Assembly: GCA_032718475.1 (NCBI GenBank) | Contig: JAUCBJ010008467.1 | Coordinates: 62,001 to 126,000 of the forward strand | Direction: 5' to 3' | Length of the DNA stretch: 64,000 bases | Source of the DNA: Nemertoderma westbladi | Lineage: Eukaryota; Animalia; Xenacoelomorpha | Shown here: one piece after another, positions 53,901-64,000 of the stretch | How positions within the stretch are numbered: position 1 is the stretch's first letter | How the letters are laid out: each line of letters starts with the position of its first letter | Notes under the pieces: generated by a model | Told to the model about the DNA's origin: nothing | Seen by the model: only the letters and a program-made list of their open reading frames with translations | Databases searched by the model: none | Position numbers and translations under genes: made by a program

Positions 53901-56900
53901 ATTTCAATGCTATGCTCGGCTCGCCCTACAATAATAACATTTGTACTTCAATGCTATGCTCGGGCTCGCCCTACAATAATAACATTTGTACTTCAATGCT
54001 ATGCTCGCCCTACAATAATAACATTTGTACTTCAATGCTATGCTCGGGCTCGCCCTACAATAATAACATTTGTACTTCAATGCTATGCTCGCCCTACAAT
54101 AATAACATTTGTACTTCAATGCTATGCTCGCCCTACAATAATAACATTTGTACTTCAATGCTATGCTCGGGCTTGCCCTACAATAATAACATTTGTATTT
54201 CAATGCTATGCTCGCCCTACAATAATAACATTTGTACTTCAATGCTATGCTCGGCTCGCCCTACAATAATAACATTTGTACTTCAATGCTATGCTCGGGC
54301 TCGCCCTACAATAATAACATTTGTACTTCAATGCTATGCTCGTCCTACAATAATAAAATTTGTACTTCAGTGCTATGCTCGCCCTACAATAATAACATTT
54401 GTACTTCAATGCTATGCTCGCCCTACAATAATAACATTTGTACTTCAATGCTATGCTCGGGCTCGCCCTACAATAATAACATTTGTAGTTCAATGCTATG
54501 CTCGGGCTCGCCCTACAATAATAACATTTGTACTTCAATGCTATGCTCGCCCTACAATAATAACATTTGTACTTCAATGCTATGCTCGGGCTCGCCCTAC
54601 AATAATAACATTTGTACTTCAATGCTATGCTCGCCCTACAATAATAACATTTGTACTTCAATGCTATGCTCGCCCTACAATAATAACATTTGTACTTCAA
54701 TGCTATGCTCGGGCTACAATAATAACATTTGTACTTCAATGCTATGCTCGGGCTACAATAATAACATTTGTACTTCAATGCTATGCTCGGGCTCGCCCTA
54801 CAATAATAACATTTGTACTTCAATGCTATGCTCGGGCTACAATAATAACATTTGTACTTCAATGCTATGCTCGCCCTACAATAATAACATTTGTACTTCA
54901 ATGCTATGCTCGGGCTCGCCCTACAATAATAACATTTGTACTTCAATGCTATGCTCGGGCTACAATAATAACATTTGTACTTCAATGCTATGCTCGCCCT
55001 ACAATTATAACATTTCTACGTCAATGCTATGCTCGGGCTCGCCCTACAATAATAACATTTGTACTTCAATGCTATGCTCGGGCTACAATAATAACATATG
55101 TACTTCAATGCTATGCTCGCCCTACAATAGTAACATTTGTACTTCAATGCTATGCTCGGGCTCGCCCTACAATAATAACATTTGTACTTCAATGCTATGC
55201 TCGCCCTACATTAATAACATTTGTACTTCAATGCTATGCTTGGGCTACAATAATAACATTTGTACTTCAATGCTATGCTCGCCCAACAATAATAACATTT
55301 GTACTTCAATGCTATGCTCGGGCTCGCCCTACAATAATAACATTTGTACTTCAATGCTATGCTCGCCCTACATTAATAACATTTGTACTTCAATGCTATG
55401 CTCGCCCTACAATAATAACATTTGTACTTCAATGCTATGCTCGGGCTACAATAATAACATTTGTACTTCAATGCTATGCTCGGGCTCGCCCTACAATAAT
55501 AACATTTGTACTTCAATGCTATGCTCGGGCTACAATAATAACATTTGTACTTCAATGCTATGCTCGCCCTACAATAATAACATTTGTACTTCAATGCTAT
55601 GCTCGGGCTCGCCCTACAATAATAACATTTGTACTTCAATGCTATGCTCGGGCTACAATAATAACATTTGTACTTCAATGCTATGCTCGCCCTACAATTA
55701 TAACATTTCTACGTCAATGCTATGCTCGGGCTCGCCCTACAATAATAACATTTGTACTTCAATGCTATGCTCGGGCTACAATAATAACATATGTACTTCA
55801 ATGCTATGCTCGCCCTACAATAGTAACATTTGTACTTCAATGCTATGCTCGGGCTCGCCCTACAATAATAACATTTGTACTTCAATGCTATGCTCGCCCT
55901 ACAATAATAACATTTGTACTTCAATGCTATGCTCGCCCTAGAATAATAACATTTGTACTTCAATGCTATGCTCAGGCTCGCCCTACAATAATAACATTTG
56001 TACTTCAATGCTATGCTCGCCCTACAATAATAACATTTGTACTTAAATGCTATGCTCGCCCTACAATAATAACATTTGTACTTCAATGCTATGCTCGGGC
56101 TCGCCCTACAATAATAACATTTGTACTTCAATGCTATGCTCGCCCTACAATAATAACATTTGTACTTCAATGCTATGCTCGCCCTAGAATAATAACATTT
56201 GTACTTCAATGCTATGCTCGCCCTACAATAATAACATTTGTACTTCAATGCTATGCTCGGGCTCGCCCTACAATAATAACATTTGTATTTCAATGCTACG
56301 CTCGACCTACATTAATAACATTTGTACTTCAATGCTATGCTCGCCCTACAATAATAACATTTGTACTTCAATGCTATGCTCGCCCTACAATAATAACATT
56401 TGTACTTCAGTGCTATGCTCGCCCTACAATAATAACATTTGTACTTCAATGCTATGCTCGCCCTACAATAATAACATTTGTACTTCAATGCTATGCTCGG
56501 GCTCGCCCTACAATAATAACATTTGTACTTCAATGCTATGCTCGGGCTCGCCCTACAATAATAACATTTGTACTTCAATGCTATGCTCGCCCTACAATAA
56601 TAACATTTGTACTTCAATGCTATGCTCGGGCTACAATAATAACATTTGTACTTCAATGCTATGCTCGGGCTACAATAATAACATTTGTACTTCAATGCTA
56701 TGCTCGGGCTCGCCCTACAATAATAACATTTGTACTTCAATGCTATGCTCGCCCTACAATAATAACATTTGTACTTCAATGCTATGCTCGGGCTACAATA
56801 ATAACATTTGTACTTCAATGCTATGCTCGGGCTACAATAATAACATTTTTACTTCAATCCTATGCTCGGGCTCGCCCTACAATAATAACATTTGTACTTC

Positions 56901-59900
56901 AATGCTATGCTCGGGCTCGCCCTACAATAATAACATTTGTACTTCAATGCTATGCTCGGGCTACAATAATAACATTTGTACTTCAATGCTTTGCTCGCCC
57001 TACAATAATAACATTTGTACTTCAATGCTATGCTCGGGCTCGCCCTACAATAATAACATTTGTACTTCAATGCTATGCTCGGGCTACAATAATAACATTT
57101 GTACTTCAATGCTATGCTCGCCCTACAATAGTAACATTTGCACTTCAATGCTATGCTCGGGCTCGCCCTACAATAATAACATTTGTACTTCAATGCTATG
57201 CTCGCCCTACATTAATAACATTTGTACTTCAATGCTATGCTTGGGCTACAATAATAACATTTGTACTTCAATGCTATGCTCGCCCAACAATAATAACATT
57301 TGTACTTCAATGCTATGCTCGGGCTCGCCCTACAATAATAACATTTGTACTTCAATGCTATGCTCGCCCTACATTAATAACATTTGTACTTCAATGCTAT
57401 GCTCGCCCTACAATAATAACATTTGTACTTCAATGCTATGCTCGGGCTACAATAATAACATTTGTACTTCAATGCTATGCTCGGGCTCGCCCTACAATAA
57501 TAACATTTGTACTTCAATGCTATGCTCGGGCTACAATAATAACATTTGTACTTCAATGCTATGCTCGCCCTACAATAATAACATTTGTACTTCAATGCTA
57601 TGCTCGGGCTCGCCCTACAATAATAACATTTGTACTTCAATGCTATGCTCGGGCTACAATAATAACATTTGTACTTCAATGCTATGCTCGCCCTACAATT
57701 ATAACATTTCTACGTCAATGCTATGCTCGGGCTCGCCCTACAATAATAACATTTGTACTTCAATGCTATGCTCGGGCTACAATAATAACATATGTACTTC
57801 AATGCTATGCTCGCCCTACAATAGTAACATTTGTACTTCAATGCTATGCTCGGGCTCGCCCTACAATAATAACATTTGTACTTCAATGCTATGCTCGCCC
57901 TACAATAATAACATTTGTACTTCAATGCTATGCTCGCCCTAGAATAATAACATTTGTACTTCAATGCTATGCTCAGGCTCGCCCTACAATAATAACATTT
58001 GTACTTCAATGCTATGCTCGCCCTACAATAATAACATTTGTACTTCAATGCTATGCTCGCCCTACAATAATAACATTTGTACTTCAATGCTATGCTCGGG
58101 CTCGCCCTACAATAATAACATTTGTACTTCAATGCTATGCTCGCCCTACAATAATAACATTTGTACTTCAATGCTATGCTCGCCCTAGAATAATAACATT
58201 TGTACTTCAATGCTATGCTCGCCCTACAATAATAACATTTGTACTTCAATGCTACGCTCGGGCTCGCCCTACAATAATAACATTTGTATTTCAATGCTAC
58301 GCTCGACCTACATTAATAACATTTGTACTTCAATGCTATGCTCGCCCTACAATAATAACATTTGTACTTCAATGCTATGCTCGCCCTACAATAATAACAT
58401 TTGTACTTCAGTGCTATGCTCGCCCTACAATAATAACATTTGTACTTCAATGCTATGCTCGCCCTACAATAATAACATTTGTACTTCAATGCTATGCTCG
58501 GGCTCGCCCTACAATAATAACATTTGTACTTCAATGCTATGCTCGGGCTCGCCCTACAATAATAACATTTGTACTTCAATGCTATGCTCGCCCTACAATA
58601 ATAACATTTGTACTTCAATGCTATGCTCGGGCTACAATAATAACATTTGTACTTCAATGCTATGCTCGGGCTACAATAATAACATTTGTACTTCAATGCT
58701 ATGCTCGGGCTCGCCCTACAATAATAACATTTGTACTTCAATGCTATGCTCGCCCTACAATAATAACATTTGTACTTCAATGCTATGCTCGGGCTACAAT
58801 AATAACATTTGTACTTCAATGCTATGCTCGGGCTACAATAATAACATTTTTACTTCAATCCTATGCTCGGGCTCGCCCTACAATAATAACATTTGTACTT
58901 CAATGCTATGCTCGGGCTCGCCCTACAATAATAACATTTGTACTTCAATGCTATGCTCGGGCTACAATAATAACATTTGTACTTCAATGCTTTGCTCGCC
59001 CTACAATAATAACATTTGTACTTCAATGCTATGCTCGGGCTCGCCCTACAATAATAACATTTGTACTTCAATGCTATGCTCGGGCTACAATAATAACATT
59101 TGTACTTCAATGCTATGTTCGCCCTACAATAATAACATTTGTACGTCAATGCTATGCTCGGGCTCGCCCTACAATAATAACATTTGTACTTCAATGCTAT
59201 GCTCGGGCTACAATAATAACATTTGTACTTCAATGCTATGCTCGCCCTACAATAGTAACATTTGTACTTCAATGCTATGCTCGGGCTCGCCCTACAATAA
59301 TAACATTTGTACTTCAATGCTATGCTTGCCCTACATTAATAACATTTGTACTTCAATGCTATGCTCGGGCTACAATAATAATATTTGTACTTCAATGCTA
59401 TGCTCGGGCTACAATAATAACATTTGTACTTCAATGCTATGCTCGGGCTCGCCCTACAATAATAACATTTGTACTTCAATGCTATGCTCGGGCTACAATA
59501 ATAACATTTGTACTTCAATGCTATGCTCGGGCTACAATAATAACATTTGTACTTCAATGCTATGCTCGGGCTACAATAATAACATTTGTACTTCAATGCT
59601 ATGCTCGGGCTACAATAATAACATTTGTACTTCAATGCTATGCTCGCCCTACAATAATAACATTTGTACTTCAATGCTATGCTCGGGCTACAATAATAAC
59701 ATTTGTACTTCAATGCTATGCTCGGGCTCGCCCTACAATAATAACATTTGTACTTCAATGCTATGCTCGGGCTACAATAATAACATTTGTACTTCAATGC
59801 TATGCTCGGGCTCGCCCTACAATAATAACATTTGTACTTCAATGCTATGCTCGGGCTACAATAATAACATTTGTACTTCAATGCTATGCTCGGGCTACAA

Positions 59901-60800
59901 TAATAACATTTGTACTTCAATGCTATGCTCGGGCTCGCCCTTCAATAATAACATTTGTACTTCAATGCTATGCTCGGGCTCGCCCTTCAATAATAACATT
60001 TGTACTTCAATGCTATGCTCGGGCTACAATAATAACATTTGTACTTCAATGCTATGCTCGCCCTACAATAATAACATTTGTACTTCAATGCTATGCTCGG
60101 GCTACAATAATAACATTTGTACTTCAATGCTATGCTCGGGCTCGCTCTACAATAATAACATTTGTACTTCAATGCTATGCTCGGGCTACAATAATAACAT
60201 TTGTACTTCAATTCTATGCTCGGGCTACAATAATAACATTTGTACTTCAATGCTATGCTCGCTCTACAATAATAACATTTGTACTTCAATGCTATGCTCG
60301 GGCTCGCCCTACAATAATAACATTTGTACTTCAATGCTATGCTCGCCCTACAATAATAACATTTGTATTTCAATGCTATGCTCGGCTCGCCCTACAATAA
60401 TAACATTTGTACTTCAATGCTATGCTCGGGCTCGCCCTACAATAATAACATTTGTACTTCAATGCTATGCTCGCCCTACAATAATAACATTTGTACTTCA
60501 ATGCTATGCTCGGGCTCGCCCTACAATAATAACATTTGTACTTCAATGCTATGCTCGCCCTACAATAATAACATTTGTACTTCAATGCTATGCTCGCCCT
60601 ACAATAATAACATTTGTACTTCAATGCTATGCTCGGGCTTGCCCTACAATAATAACATTTGTATTTCAATGCTATGCTCGCCCTACAATAATAACATTTG
60701 TACTTCAATGCTATGCTCGGCTCGCCCTACAATAATAACATTTGTACTTCAATGCTATGCTCGGGCTCGCCCTACAATAATAACATTTGTACTTCAATGC
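50910..60800. repeat. Nested higher-order duplications within the satellite (offsets 6466 and 2001 bp)
   Basis: ORF-track pairs 51744/58210, 52870/59336 and 53910/60376 are offset by 6466. Pairs 55373/57374, 55709/57710 and 56312/58313 are offset by 2001. Boundaries are approximate. Confidence 0.88.
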
Positions 60801-63800
60801 TATGCTCGCCCTACAATAATAACATTTGTACTTCAATGCTATGCTCGGGCTCGCCCTACAATAATAACATTTGTAGTTCAATGCTATGCTCGGGCTCGCC
60901 CTACAATAATAACATTTGTACTTCAATGCTATGCTCGCCCTACAATAATAACATTTGTACTTCAATGCTATGCTCGGGCTCGCCCTACAATAATAACATT
61001 TGTACTTCAATGCTATGCTCGCCCTACAATAATAACATTTGTACTTCAATGCTATGCTCGCCCTACAATAATAACATTTGTACTTCAATGCTATGCTCGG
61101 GCTACAATAATAACATTTGTACTTCAATGCTATGCTCGGGCTACAATAATAACATTTGTACTTCAATGCTATGCTCGGGCTCGCCCTACAATAATAACAT
61201 TTGTACTTCAATGCTATGCTCGGGCTACAATAATAACATTTGTACTTCAATGCTATGCTCGCCCTACAATAATAACATTTGTACTTCAATGCTATGCTCG
61301 GGCTCGCCCTACAATAATAACATTTGTACTTCAATGCTATGCTCGGGCTTCAATAATAACATTTGTACTTCAATGCTATGCTCGCCCTACAATTATAACA
61401 TTTCTACGTCAATGCTATGCTCGGGCTCGCCCTACAATAATAACATTTGTACTTCAATGCTATGCTCGGGCTACAATAATAACATATGTACTTCAATGCT
61501 ATGCTCGCCCTACAATAGTAACATTTGTACTTCAATGCTATGCTCGGGCTCGCCCTACAATAATAACATTTGTACTTCAATGCTATGCTCGCCCTACATT
61601 AATAACATTTGTACTTCAATGCTATGCTTGGGCTACAATAATAACATTTGTACTTCAATGCTATGCTCGCCCAACAATAATAACATTTGTACTTCAATGC
61701 TATGCTCGGGCTCGCCCTACAATAATAACATTTGTACTTCAATGCTATGCTCGCCCTACATTAATAACATTTGTACTTCAATGCTATGCTCGCCCTACAA
61801 TAATAACATTTGTACTTCAATGCTATGCTCGCCCTATATTAATAACATTTGTACTTCAATGCTATGCTCGGGCTCGCCCTACAATAATAACATTTGTACT
61901 TCAATGCTATGCTCGCCCTACAATAATAACATTTGTACTTCAATGCTATGCTCGCCCTACAATAATAACATTTGTACTTCAATGCTATGCTCAGGCTCGC
62001 CCTACAATAATAACATTTGTACTTCAATGCTATGCTCGGGCTTGCCCTACAATAATAACATTTGTATTTCAATGCTATGCTCGCCCTACAATAATAACAT
62101 TTGTACTTCAATGCTATGCTCGGCTCGCCCTACAATAATAACATTTGTACTTCAATGCTATGCTCGGGCTCGCCCTACAATAATAACATTTGTACTTCAA
62201 TGCTATGCTCGCCCTACAATAATAAAATTTGTACTTCAGTGCTATGCTCGCCCTACAATAATAACATTTGTACTTCAATGCTATGCTCGCCCTACAATAA
62301 TAACATTTGTACTTCAATGCTATGCTCGGGCTCGCCCTACAATAATAACATTTGTACTTCAATGCTATGCTCGCCCTACAATAATAACATTTGTACTTCA
62401 ATGCTATGCTCGCCCTACAATAATAACATTTGTACTTCAATGCTATGCTCGCCCTACAATAATAACATTTGTACTTCAATGCTATGCTCGCCCTACAATA
62501 ATAACATTTGTACTTCAATGCTATGCTCGGGCTACAATAATAACATTTGTACTTCAATGCTATGCTCGGGCTACAATAATAACATTTGTACTTCAATGCT
62601 ATGCTCGGGCTCGCCCTACAATAATAACATTTGTACTTCAATGCTATGCTCGGGCTACAATAATAACATTTGTACTTCAATGCTATGCTCGCCCTACAAT
62701 AATAACATTTGTACTTCAATGCTATGCTCGGGCTCGCCCTACAATAATAACATTTGTACTTCAATGCTATGCTCGGGCTACAATAATAACATTTGTACTT
62801 CAATGCTATGCTCGCCCTACAATAATAACATTTCTACGTCAATGCTATGCTCGGGCTCGCCCTACAATAATAACATTTGTACTTCAATGCTATGCTCGGG
62901 CTACAATAATAACATATGTACTTCAATGCTATGCTCGCCCTACAATAGTAACATTTGTACTTCAATGCTATGCTCGGGCTCGCCCTACAATAATAACATT
63001 TGTACTTCAATGCTATGCTCGCCCTACATTAATAACATTTGTACTTCAATGCTATGCTTGGGCTACAATAATAACATTTGTACTTCAATGCTATGCTCGC
63101 CCAACAATAATAACATTTGTACTTCAATGCTATGCTCGGGCTCGCCCTACAATAATAACATTTGTACTTCAATGCTATGCTCGCCCTACATTAATAACAT
63201 TTGTACTTCAATGCTATGCTCGTCCTACAATAATAACATTTGTACTTCAATGCTATGCTCGCCCTATATTAATAACATTTGTACTTCAAAGCTATGCTAC
63301 GGCTCGCCCTACAATAATAACATTTGTACTTCAATGCTATGCTCGCCCTACAATAATAACATTTGTACTTCAATGCTATGCTCGCCCTACAATAATAACA
63401 TTTGTACTTCAATGCTATGCTCAGGCTCGCCCTACAATAATAACATTTGTACTTCAATGCTATGCTCGCCCTACAATAATAACATTTGTACTTCAATGCT
63501 ATGCTCGGGCTACAATAATAACATTTGTACTTCAATGCTATGCTCGGGCTCGGCCTACAATAAAAACATTTGTACTACAATGCTATGCTCGCCCTACAAT
63601 AATAACATTTGTACTACAATGCTATGCTCGGGCTACAGTAATAACATTTGTACTTCAATGCTATGCTCGCCCTACAATAATAACATTTGTACTTCAATGC
63701 TATGCTCGGGCTACAATAATAACATTTGTACTTCAATGCTATGCTCGCCCTTCAATAATAACATTTGTACTTCAATGCTATGCACGGGCTACAATAATAA

Positions 63801-64000
63801 CATTTGTACTTCAATGCTATGCTCGGGCTCGCCCTACAATAATAACATTTGTACTTCAATGCTATGCTCGCCCTACAATAATAACATTTGTACTACAATG
63901 CTATGCTCGGGCTCGCCCTACAATAATAACAATTGTACTTCAATGCTATGCTCGGGCTCGCCCTACAATAATAACATTTGTACTTCAATGCTGTGCTCGG

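Larger units (their letters stand above)
4660..64000. repeat. Giant tandem satellite, 39/39/45-bp units, >59 kb, continuing past the window end
   Basis: Near-invariant core TACAATAATAACATTTGTACTTCAATGCTATGC plus TCGGGC, TCGCCC or TCGGGCTCGCCC, head-to-tail in one orientation. No foreign insertion was seen. Length arithmetic bounds the copy number at about 1320-1520 units. Confidence 0.99.

Noticed and set aside
4625-63535. Very long ORFs of repeated MLCSGYNNNICTS, TIITFVLQCYARA and KYKCYYCSPSIAL (up to 2787 aa), resembling Cys-rich structural or metal-binding proteins
   Set aside because: Units of 39 and 45 bp keep several frames open automatically on both strands. Stop variants (TGATCG, GGCTAA, CCCTAG) and 1-bp deletion units are copied through the duplications. 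No signal peptide, unique terminus or synonymous-site bias was seen.
4660-64000. CRISPR-like appearance (constant 33-bp repeat with a variable insert)
   Set aside because: The inserts are only 6-12 bp and of three recurring types rather than unique spacers. There are no cas genes, and the context is a spliced eukaryotic gene.
4660-64000. CpG-decay variants (CTTGGG, CTTGCC, CTCAGG, CTCACC) as evidence of array methylation
   Set aside because: They are present but not clearly more frequent than other substitutions by eye, and many are copies of a single event. Counting of independent mutations would be needed.

Overview
This is eukaryotic DNA, most likely from an invertebrate animal (inferred from GT-AG introns, an F-type lectin domain and the transposon types). 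Only the first ~4.65 kb is non-satellite. In order it holds: the probable 3' end of an LTR retrotransposon (unassigned 153-aa ORF, G15 polypurine tract, ~624-bp TG...CA LTR), a short probable LINE 3' remnant, a 9-copy 39-bp minisatellite, a type I hammerhead ribozyme on the + strand, and two exons encoding one F-type lectin (fucolectin) domain with a degenerate fucose-binding motif. From 4660 to the window end (>59 kb) is one head-to-tail satellite. Its unit is a 33-bp core (TACAATAATAACATTTGTACTTCAATGCTATGC) plus one of three linkers (TCGGGC, TCGCCC or TCGGGCTCGCCC), giving 39/39/45-bp units, with nested kb-scale duplications. The long Cys/Asn/Tyr-rich ORFs in the track are by-products of unit lengths divisible by 3. 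The best leads are the sense-strand hammerhead upstream of the lectin splice acceptor, and the satellite monomer being the amplified right arm plus terminal hairpin of a small inverted-repeat element at the array edge. All alignments were done by eye; no database searches were run.
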